43,840 nt of DNA, taken from contig LCBS01000002.1 in assembly GCA_000997355.1 (NCBI GenBank), forward strand, positions 11,144 to 54,983, in the 5' to 3' direction. This document shows, in pieces, positions 8,974 to 16,987 of this stretch (position 1 is its first letter; the number at the start of each line of letters is the position of its first letter). Under the pieces are notes generated by a model. It worked only from the letters and a program-made list of their open reading frames with translations. It ran no database searches and was not told the DNA's origin. Source of the stretch: a candidate division WWE3 bacterium GW2011_GWB1_41_6 (GTDB taxonomy: Bacteria > Patescibacteriota > WWE3 > UBA101185 > UBA10185). The translations under genes and the position numbers were made by a program.

Positions 8974-9756
8974 ATGCCAGGTAGAAACGGTATATCAGCT
9001 ACGGTGTTCTTTCCATTAACAAATTTAGAACATATCGTTTTTTTAGCGGAGAGAGCAGGGTTTGAGGGTATACAGATCATACCCGACAGAGTTGTGAATC
9101 CAAGAAAACTTTCCATGTATTCGGATAAAATCATATCCTGGGAAGGCCAGGCATGGCATCCCAGTACAGGAAACGATCGGTGGATTGGCGTGTTGAAAAG
9201 GAAATTAGGACTGGCTGACGATGATGAACCCGATATCACTTCTCAAATAATATTTGGCGACCGCGGCGATGTAAGCACTCGTCTCAGGGAAATGAGGCGG
9301 GTTCTGGACCCCAGTACGGAAATACGGCACACTCCTTCTCCACAAAAATTGTTCGAAATACTTCCGGAAGGAATGGACGCAAATCTCAGACTCGAAGAAA
9401 TTGTGTTCCCGGGTAGTGAGCAAAGACTAGTCATCGATACACACCATTTCTTTAGACGAAGCAAGGACAGAAGCAAAAAGAGGATCGGTAAAAATCTGAA
9501 CAGCCTTCTAACATTAATGGAAGAAGCAGGACACCAGATTGAACTGATCCATGTGCATCCGACGGTTAAAGACCAGGTACAACTAATGACTTCCGGTAGG
9601 TGGTCACTTACACCAATCCTGTATGAACTAGGATTGCTGGATGTTCCGTGGATCCTGGAGATGTTCCCGCCGTTTTTTATTACAGTGTTTGATGAAGTGT
9701 GGTTAATAAGATACCTGAATAAAATCAGGTCAAAGATCGTGACGGATTTTTCCTGA
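8974..9756 (+). CDS. Divergent xylose-isomerase-like TIM-barrel protein (sugar phosphate isomerase/epimerase-like)
   Basis: AERAGFEGIQIIP, LVIDTHH, IELIHVH and WILE match the D-x-x-H / H-x-H(D) / E metal-site pattern of the AP_endonuc_2 fold. Confidence 0.55.
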   Translation: MPGRNGISATVFFPLTNLEHIVFLAERAGFEGIQIIPDRVVNPRKLSMYSDKIISWEGQAWHPSTGNDRWIGVLKRKLGLADDDEPDITSQIIFGDRGDVSTRLREMRRVLDPSTEIRHTPSPQKLFEILPEGMDANLRLEEIVFPGSEQRLVIDTHHFFRRSKDRSKKRIGKNLNSLLTLMEEAGHQIELIHVHPTVKDQVQLMTSGRWSLTPILYELGLLDVPWILEMFPPFFITVFDEVWLIRYLNKIRSKIVTDFS

Positions 9757-9764
9757 CCAAATAC

Positions 9765-9803
9765 AACCGCTTGTGGTACAAAATACCCGGGCGGTTTTTA
9801 TTT
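9765..9803 (+). terminator. Intrinsic terminator, possibly bidirectional
   Basis: AACCGC-ttgtggta-caaaa-tacccgg-GCGGTT hairpin followed by TTTATTT, lying between convergent genes. Confidence 0.7.
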
Positions 9804-9815
9804 GTACAAACCTTC

Positions 9816-10637
9816 TTATTGATTATGTGCAAACTCGCCTGTATTTATCCGCATATCTAATTCCTCGTCGTAGATCCATTTTCTACTGCACCTATCCTCA
9901 TAGTATCTAAGAAGATATATTCTGTAAAAAACTGATGCGGTATCCCATAATACTCCACGGACAGTTGGATCCAAAAATAATGGTTTATTCCTCTTAATCT
10001 TTGATTCCTCGGTAAAATTAAGGGTTATTTTTACGGGCGCTTCGAATATTCTATCAAACCCCAAGTGACGTGCTACGGCAAGCAGTTCTACGTCAAATGC
10101 AAATTCTTTAACCACAAGCCGAGGTAACACTCTCTCTAATAGTTCCCGCCTATATACTTTAAGCCCTGTTTGTGTGTCCTTGATCTTTAGCCCAAAAAGT
10201 ACCCACACGATCATTTGATAACCCCAACTGTACAATTTACGAAGCCTTGAATAATATTTTACTTTCGAAGCTGGATGCCTTTTACTTGCAACCATTATAT
10301 CCGCCTCATACCAGATCATTTGTTCAAGCATCATTGAGATACCGTTAGGATCGATCTCCATGCCCGCGTCGATAAACGCTACATACTCGCCAGTAGAACG
10401 TGCCATACCATATCTAACCGCGTACCCCTTTCCTTTGTTATTCTCGTATCCCAAAACCTTGATCTTCTTACAATCTGCTGCACTCGCCTCTTCATAGGTA
10501 TTATCCAAAAATCCATCCACTACCACTATCATCTCAAAATCGAATCTGGTACTGTTCATTACCGTACAGATCTTTTCGATGTCTTCTTTAATAGTTTTCT
10601 CTTGTTTGTACGCGGGAACGATTATGGAAACCAGCAT
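9816..10637 (-). CDS. GT2, dolichol/polyprenol-phosphate glycosyltransferase-like
   Basis: SIIVPAY, VVVDG, NKGKGYAVRYG, FIDAG, DTQTGLK, FAFDVELL. Confidence 0.88.
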   Translation of the reverse strand: MLVSIIVPAYKQEKTIKEDIEKICTVMNSTRFDFEMIVVVDGFLDNTYEEASAADCKKIKVLGYENNKGKGYAVRYGMARSTGEYVAFIDAGMEIDPNGISMMLEQMIWYEADIMVASKRHPASKVKYYSRLRKLYSWGYQMIVWVLFGLKIKDTQTGLKVYRRELLERVLPRLVVKEFAFDVELLAVARHLGFDRIFEAPVKITLNFTEESKIKRNKPLFLDPTVRGVLWDTASVFYRIYLLRYYEDRCSRKWIYDEELDMRINTGEFAHNQ

Positions 10638-11880
10638 GCTTTACATAATACAACAAAATAGTTACTAGTAGAAACACTGCAACAAAAAGATTTATTTTAA
10701 TGACATCGGTCAAGCTGTCGTGGAAATAATATATAAGGATATATTGTGCAATTACGGCAGGTATCTGGAGTAGGGCTACTTTTGTTTTATTGATGGCAAG
10801 AAGGAACATCACCATGAAATTGATCAGAACATACACGCCCACAAAAAGCGAAAATAACGGAATGTACGGAACAGACGGGAGGAATTTCTCTCCGAACATT
10901 ACACCTGCGATCAATCCCGGTAGTAATGTAAACACCACCACACCACCAACAACAAGTAGCAACTGAAGGGCCAGAAACTTTTTCAGCTTGCCTGTGTAAT
11001 CCTCTCCCTTTGAGTAAGCTTCGGAGATCTGAGGAAACATAACGACCACTACCGTTCCTGCTCCAAACAACAGCACTTTGCTTACCGTAACCGTACCTGC
11101 GTAGTAACCGGCAGATAACTCATCAAAATATTTTTTGACTAAGATGATATCCATATTGTTCATTAGTATCATCCCAAGGTTTACTAGCAGTACAGGAAGA
11201 CCGAACATAACGATCTTTTTATAAAAGACCTGCAAGCTTTCCTTATTATAATCAATAAAGTTCCTGCTTGTTAGTAATGTACTTAGCGCGTACATCAGAA
11301 CAACGCTCATTGCAATTCCCATAAACACACCGGGAAGGCCCAATCCTACAATAACCAGTATCACGGGAAACACAAAACGGAATAGCCCACCTAAAACGTT
11401 ATACAAAGCATACGCTTTGAAGCGTAGCAACCCTTGTAAATAAGCGGCCGGAACGATGAGTAAATAAGTAAGACCAAGGAATGGCCCAAAATAGTAAAAA
11501 AGATCTGCGTTCTGTATGTTGAAAAAATCAGCTATAGGTTGGTGGAACGATGCAAAAAATGCAGAAATAAGTACGGCAAAAACCAACGCGAAAAAGGATA
11601 GTTTCCAATACAATTGAGTCAGTTGGTCAAAGCGGTTCTTAGCTTTAAGTTCGGAGGCTAGCTTGATAAGTGACGTGCTGACAACCATTGCAGGCACACC
11701 GGCGATGCTTGCAAAGGCTAATAAGGCATTGAATGTCCCATAATCCGCCACAGTAAGCAAACGGCCTAATATAAACTGCAATAGATAGCTAAACACACTT
11801 GCGGTAAATATTCCAACAGTCACGATAAACGTCCCTATCAATACCTGATCTTTAGTTATAGTTTTAATTCTTTCGATCAT
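10588..11880 (-). CDS. Wzx-like oligosaccharide flippase (MOP superfamily)
   Basis: About 12 TMs, GRLLTVADYG, NMDIILVKKYF...AGYY, VMFPQIS. Likely start is MIERIK at 11880. Confidence 0.85.
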   Translation of the reverse strand: MIERIKTITKDQVLIGTFIVTVGIFTASVFSYLLQFILGRLLTVADYGTFNALLAFASIAGVPAMVVSTSLIKLASELKAKNRFDQLTQLYWKLSFFALVFAVLISAFFASFHQPIADFFNIQNADLFYYFGPFLGLTYLLIVPAAYLQGLLRFKAYALYNVLGGLFRFVFPVILVIVGLGLPGVFMGIAMSVVLMYALSTLLTSRNFIDYNKESLQVFYKKIVMFGLPVLLVNLGMILMNNMDIILVKKYFDELSAGYYAGTVTVSKVLLFGAGTVVVVMFPQISEAYSKGEDYTGKLKKFLALQLLLVVGGVVVFTLLPGLIAGVMFGEKFLPSVPYIPLFSLFVGVYVLINFMVMFLLAINKTKVALLQIPAVIAQYILIYYFHDSLTDVIKINLFVAVFLLVTILLYYVKHAGFHNRSRVQTRENY

Positions 11881-11914
11881 GGGATTTCTTATTTCAGTAT
11901 TTATTATAGAACAA

Positions 11915-13576
11915 TTAGAGGCTAACCTGTAGGGGAGTACGTTCGTAAACATTATAAATATCAACTCCTCTTAGTTTCACGGATTCCACCTTCGTCAGAT
12001 TAAATCTATCTTCACCAGCCGACTGGTCATCCCAAACCGGGTATACCAAAAAGTCAGCGATCTCCGCATGGTCCGACAGGTCGGATATCACTGCCCAAGC
12101 CCCGGTCCTACGGATGAATGGCCATATCTGTGTGTAGTACTTTTCCTGGAAACCTATCACTAACTTTCTATCATCACCGCCGGCGCCTGCAAACTCCTCG
12201 ATGGACTCCCCTTCTGCAAAATCCTCATATCCCCGATCAGTTTTAATCTCCTCAAAGTAAGAGGTTACTTCTTTTTGGCCGATCATCCACTTTGGTTCCA
12301 GGATAAATATCCCCCTCTTTAATCCACCAAGCAACGGATTATAGAAAGAAAAATAATCGGGGTGCAGACGGAGTATGGTAAATGCCGCGGGAAGTAACAC
12401 AATAAAACATAGTAGAAGTGCGGTGCGGCGGCTCTTAATGAACAAACCGGCCTTGTTACAAGCCCAATGATAAAAAAACGTCGAAACCAGGCCGAAACCC
12501 ATAATAGTGGGAAGTATATAGCGGTCAAGTTTCTTGGATGGAATGGTAATTTCTATCAAGTATAGGATCGAGAAAAGCAAGGTATAAAATATGAAGTTCT
12601 TTTTACCTTTATCAATATTCTTAAAAATGAAAAGTGCGCCGATCAAACCGATCACTATGTATACTGACGATCGGATCCCCAACACTACCAGATAGAAAGT
12701 AACACCAGGGTCATCTACCAGTCGACCGAAGAAGAACTGCTCGTGACCCCGCTCAACACCTATCGTAAAAATCCCCCGGTAAACAGCCCTTAATGCTTCC
12801 CCCGGATTGACCCACATGGCCGGCCAAAATAATACAAATAAAATCACAACGGACAGTAGCCACTTTGTATAATCAAAAAAAGTTAACGAAACTGCGGTCT
12901 TCAATGAACCCCTGTTGTGCCAATACCAGATAAGCATCATCAAACCTGTAAACATCACTAAATAAAGCGAGGAAGATTTAGTCAGAATAGAAAGCGCTGC
13001 AAACAATGCCGAAACATACATCCTGCTTTTATGATTGGTATCAAAAAGATAGTAATACAGCCATACGAACGACGCGATCATGAAAGTGGACATTAAACCT
13101 TCCAGATGTATGACCCGCGTAAGAGCAATGTAGAATGGTTCAAGAGAGATTAGAATAATGGCAGGAATAGCGTATTTCTTACCGAACAAGTTCCTGAGAA
13201 CGTAGAAAACAGAGGCAAGGGTAAAGCCAATCGCTATAACAATTACCAGCTTTTGAACAAAATTCAGTTCGAAAATTGTATTAATGTTGTCGTCAAGCGG
13301 AGGATGACCCCTGAAAATATCATAGTAAAAGTTATATATCTTTACTCCAAGGCTCCCCAGCCACATGAGTGTAACACCGGGGTGATACTTCTGGATTGTA
13401 AGCTCAAAATCCAGGTTAAAAATTCCGCTTCCAAAATCATAGATACGCGATTTCCATTTCCAAACATCCGTGTTGAACTCATCGTTTCCTAATGAGGGAA
13501 TACGTGACAGGACAAAAAGTATAAGTACAGTTATTTCGTATTTTAAGTTTGAAAAAAATCGTTTTATTGAGCTCAT
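11915..13576 (-). CDS. ArnT/PMT-like GT-C membrane glycosyltransferase
   Basis: Acidic first loop NDEFNTD, YHPGVTLMW, SLEPF..TRVIHLE, LTKSS, KKLDRYILP. Confidence 0.82.
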   Translation of the reverse strand: MSSIKRFFSNLKYEITVLILFVLSRIPSLGNDEFNTDVWKWKSRIYDFGSGIFNLDFELTIQKYHPGVTLMWLGSLGVKIYNFYYDIFRGHPPLDDNINTIFELNFVQKLVIVIAIGFTLASVFYVLRNLFGKKYAIPAIILISLEPFYIALTRVIHLEGLMSTFMIASFVWLYYYLFDTNHKSRMYVSALFAALSILTKSSSLYLVMFTGLMMLIWYWHNRGSLKTAVSLTFFDYTKWLLSVVILFVLFWPAMWVNPGEALRAVYRGIFTIGVERGHEQFFFGRLVDDPGVTFYLVVLGIRSSVYIVIGLIGALFIFKNIDKGKKNFIFYTLLFSILYLIEITIPSKKLDRYILPTIMGFGLVSTFFYHWACNKAGLFIKSRRTALLLCFIVLLPAAFTILRLHPDYFSFYNPLLGGLKRGIFILEPKWMIGQKEVTSYFEEIKTDRGYEDFAEGESIEEFAGAGGDDRKLVIGFQEKYYTQIWPFIRRTGAWAVISDLSDHAEIADFLVYPVWDDQSAGEDRFNLTKVESVKLRGVDIYNVYERTPLQVSL

Positions 13577-14856
13577 AGGTCCGGGTCCCCTCCAACAATC
13601 TTTGAATCTGGTCTCAATGGCACTACTTCCGTGAGGTCTATTATGTTCATAATAGCAAAATATAAAGGAATTATAAAAAAAATCAGCGTCAGGAGGAGGA
13701 TCAAAAATCTACCTAGACTCGAAAGTTTCGGTTTTAGGTATTCACCGGCCATCACTATAAAATACCCCGCTATAATTGCGACAAAAGGATACGTGATCAT
13801 ATAGTAATGGGAACGGTTCTTATAAAATCCCGAAATATAAAAGAAGAACAAAACTGAAGGTATAGCCAAGAATAATCTTCTAATAAGGTCCGGCGAACGT
13901 TTGCGTATTATCAGATCCTTTATTGTAGCAAGGAATACGATCCAATAACCCACAAGGAAAGTGTATCCTACGTCACTGGCAATTTTCTCCCACATTGAAG
14001 TAAAAAACCTGACAATCTGTTTATGGAACTCTACCTTTCCCACGTTCGTAAACTGCCAAAAAGCCCCTGTCGGACCATCCGTCCGTGAAAAAGTCTTATA
14101 ATCCAATAGTGCGTAAGGTGTTCCCAGTATAAATCCAAAAAACGAAGCCGCAGCCGCAAGGAACAAACTGTTAATACCTTCGAATGTTATATAACTTCCC
14201 TTTTCCTTATATATCCTCAAAAAATGCGCTAAAGGTACTAAAATAGCAGACAGCCCTCCGTTATATTTAGTAGAAGCAGCAAAACCGACGAACAAACCGG
14301 CAAGGATATAATCTTCCGTTCTAAACCGCTTAAAAATATTAGTAGAACAATACAAAGCCCAGCTTAAGAAAAATGTCATAGGCACGTCTATCAGCGCGTA
14401 GTGTGAGTGGCGTACGTGAAACGGCATTAAAGCCATTGCCAAGGCGGAAAAAAGCGCAATCTTTTTGTTAAACAGGTTTTTTGCGCTCAGATAGACTGGT
14501 AATATAGTTAATGCACCGATCGTGGCTGATAGTATCCTTGAGATAAGATAAAAAATAAGGTTATCGTTCCAGAAAAGCGGTATCCACTGGATTATCAATG
14601 TCCTATAACCCCAAGCCGCCGCGTAATCCCTGAACAAGGCAAATACCTTATAAATAAAGAAGTTCATGTAGATATACAAATGAGGCCAATCAAAATGCCC
14701 CGGGTTAAGATTAAATCTCATCGCTAAAGCCGCTCTAACGACCGCAGGCTCGTCAGGATGACGTATGACCGGAAAACTATGCTGGATCCCCGCAAGCCGC
14801 AGGAGCAAAGCTAATGCAAGTATGATAAGTAGCGGATTAATCCACTTTTTTGACAT
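13573..14856 (-). CDS. ArnT/PMT-like GT-C membrane glycosyltransferase
   Basis: HPDE motif after TM1, NPGHFDWP, PFHVRHSHYALID, ASTKYN. Confidence 0.85.
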   Translation of the reverse strand: MSKKWINPLLIILALALLLRLAGIQHSFPVIRHPDEPAVVRAALAMRFNLNPGHFDWPHLYIYMNFFIYKVFALFRDYAAAWGYRTLIIQWIPLFWNDNLIFYLISRILSATIGALTILPVYLSAKNLFNKKIALFSALAMALMPFHVRHSHYALIDVPMTFFLSWALYCSTNIFKRFRTEDYILAGLFVGFAASTKYNGGLSAILVPLAHFLRIYKEKGSYITFEGINSLFLAAAASFFGFILGTPYALLDYKTFSRTDGPTGAFWQFTNVGKVEFHKQIVRFFTSMWEKIASDVGYTFLVGYWIVFLATIKDLIIRKRSPDLIRRLFLAIPSVLFFFYISGFYKNRSHYYMITYPFVAIIAGYFIVMAGEYLKPKLSSLGRFLILLLTLIFFIIPLYFAIMNIIDLTEVVPLRPDSKIVGGDPDL

Positions 14857-16417
14857 AGATCCTCCAATACTCCAACCCGTTCATATAAACCGATTCATCT
14901 TTTTCAAAAACTGTACCACTCGTAAGGACCTTTTCAGGGATTTCCTCGTTGATACCTAAGATAAGCAGGTCATAATCACTTGACCCGTTGACGCGTATAT
15001 CAAAGATCCGTGAGTTCATATAAATAGCTCTCATTGGCTTGGTATCGATAAAACCAACCCTAGGATAATAGCCGTATTTTTCAATAATCTTTTCTTTGAG
15101 TTCCGGTATCCCAATACCAAACGGTTTTTGGGCGATTATTTTGTTCGCGTTGTCCGTTGAGCCGAACAACGGACTTGTATAAGTGAACTGGTAAGGATGG
15201 AACAAACAGGAACTTATTATTACGAGCAAAACCGCAAGTATCATTAACCGGTAAAAATAACGGATTCTGAACTGTTCGAAACCCAAAACCGCGCTTAAAG
15301 CCATGAATGGAAATAGTGGAAGCATGTACCTGTCAATCTTCTTACTCGGTACCGACATTACAAGCAGATAAGAAAAGAAGAACGCAAAAAGAAAGGTCCA
15401 TATTTTATCCTCCCGCAAACAAAGCAGCGCACTGCCCAATCGCATACTGTTAGCTTTAATGTTATTCCTTATCTTTATCACACATACGTATAACAGCAGA
15501 AGGATTCCCGCCCAAACGACAGGAGAAACTTTCATCAGCAGCACCAGCGGGTAGAACGAATAGCCTGCGTCACGCGTGTACTCACCTAATATTATCTGTC
15601 CATGCCCATCCCTGATACCAATTCTCTCGCCTTCCAAGAATATATCCTTTATTACTGACACCGGTTCAACCCAAAGCGCGGGGAACAACGCAAATATTGT
15701 TGCTACAAAAGGAAAGGCCAAACTTAAGAAATATTTTAATGCAGGTTTAAATCCTATCCTGTAGAAGACATAAGCACCGCCTGCTAATGAAGCAAAAAGT
15801 ATCCCGCCTACTCCGATGCTTTTTGTTAAGAATGCCAGGCCCATAAAAACTCCAGCCGAAGCGCCCATAACCCAGCGGAATTTTAGAAGGTTTAGATACG
15901 CTAACAGCAATCCGTTAAACAGGAACAAAGTAAAAAGTACATCCATATGAAGCAAGCGCGAGTTCCCGAGAAAAAACGGCTCGAAAGAAAATAGTGAAAC
16001 TACCGCGATGGAACGTACAAAACCCTTAAAACCATCCGAAACCCAAATTTTTGATAATAAATAAATAGTAATTATGGATAGAATCAACTGAACCACTACC
16101 AAAGCATATTTTGCGACAAAATGAAAAACAGAGAAATTGTAGTGATTGTAAGTACTTTCTTCCGGATATAACTGTTTTACGATTTCAACGGCGGGTCCTG
16201 CGATCCACATCAGAGTGACACCGGGGTGGTAATGCTGGTAGGTTTTTTCGAACTGCCCGGTCTTCAAACCGACAACGAATTGCTCGGATCTGTAGTGCCA
16301 GTTCACACCGTCCGGATTTATGGCATCAGTACCCAATCGGTCAATTCTTGTTATAAAAAAAACTAAAGTAAACAAAGATAAAAGTAACCAACAGTAGCGG
16401 CTGTTAAAGTTCGACAT
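14837..16417 (-). CDS. ArnT/PMT-like GT-C membrane glycosyltransferase (paralog of 11915-13576)
   Basis: INPDG, YHPGVTLMW, SFEPF..SRLLHMD, LTKS, KKIDRYMLP. Confidence 0.82.
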   Translation of the reverse strand: MSNFNSRYCWLLLSLFTLVFFITRIDRLGTDAINPDGVNWHYRSEQFVVGLKTGQFEKTYQHYHPGVTLMWIAGPAVEIVKQLYPEESTYNHYNFSVFHFVAKYALVVVQLILSIITIYLLSKIWVSDGFKGFVRSIAVVSLFSFEPFFLGNSRLLHMDVLFTLFLFNGLLLAYLNLLKFRWVMGASAGVFMGLAFLTKSIGVGGILFASLAGGAYVFYRIGFKPALKYFLSLAFPFVATIFALFPALWVEPVSVIKDIFLEGERIGIRDGHGQIILGEYTRDAGYSFYPLVLLMKVSPVVWAGILLLLYVCVIKIRNNIKANSMRLGSALLCLREDKIWTFLFAFFFSYLLVMSVPSKKIDRYMLPLFPFMALSAVLGFEQFRIRYFYRLMILAVLLVIISSCLFHPYQFTYTSPLFGSTDNANKIIAQKPFGIGIPELKEKIIEKYGYYPRVGFIDTKPMRAIYMNSRIFDIRVNGSSDYDLLILGINEEIPEKVLTSGTVFEKDESVYMNGLEYWRIYVKKVD

Positions 16418-16564
16418 ACTAATAGAGTAATTGATTGGCGGTTTTTAATCAAACGGTCAAGTTATACGTAAAGATCAAATTTTCCATTCCGAAAAATTTT
16501 ATACCGATGCTTCATAAGTGTGAGTTCGGGCAAACGGTTTTTAAGAACGAAAAATAAAAATCTT

Positions 16565-16604
16565 AGGGGGAGGTGTTGAACTATGCGTACTTCCCCCTCT
16601 TTTT
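16565..16604 (+). terminator. Intrinsic-terminator-like hairpin upstream of the LAB_N gene
   Basis: AGGGGGAGGT (16565-16574) pairs with ACTTCCCCCT (16589-16598) and is followed by CTTTTT. Confidence 0.65.
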
Positions 16605-16627
16605 GCCTTGTGATAGTATAAGCAAGT

Positions 16628-16987
16628 ATGCTTCAACAGCTTCTTCAATTGATCCAAAAATTTTGGGATCCGTGGATAATATTCGGATTTGCTGCACAGT
16701 TCGTATTTTTCCTTAGATTTGCCGTGCAGTGGTGGGTTTCCGAAAAGAAAAAGGAAAGTGTCATACCCGTAGCATTTTGGTACTTAAGCCTGGTAGGGAC
16801 CGTAATGATACTCGCATACTCCATACGCCAGAAAGATATAGTCTTCATCACCGCGTCCATACTAAACGCAATGATATATATACGTAACCTGTCGCTTATT
16901 CACTCAAAGAAAAAGGCTGAAAAAATTGTAGTAAACCCGACTGACGGTAAGGTAGATAGTACCGTTATTGAATCGTCAAACGATTAG
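16628..16987 (+). CDS. Stand-alone lipid-A-disaccharide synthase N-terminal (LAB_N) domain protein
   Basis: GFAAQFVFFLRFAVQWWVSEKKKESVIPVAFWYLSLVG...AY...D.VFI...IYIRNL is the LAB_N signature, with 3 TMs. Confidence 0.88.
   Translation: MLQQLLQLIQKFWDPWIIFGFAAQFVFFLRFAVQWWVSEKKKESVIPVAFWYLSLVGTVMILAYSIRQKDIVFITASILNAMIYIRNLSLIHSKKKAEKIVVNPTDGKVDSTVIESSND

Noticed and set aside
10588-10637. 50-nt overlap of the flippase 3' end with the GT2 start as a fusion or frameshift
   Set aside because: Both genes look complete. A short non-conserved tail extension is the simpler explanation.
16528-16604. c-di-GMP-I (GEMM) riboswitch, suggested by GGGCAAAC upstream of a terminator
   Set aside because: There is no GAAA-tetraloop stem and no following GACGCAAAGC-like segment. 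Only the first 8 nt match.
16628-16987. Evidence for lipid A biosynthesis
   Set aside because: Only the small LAB_N membrane domain is present, with no LpxB catalytic domain or other lpx genes in the window.
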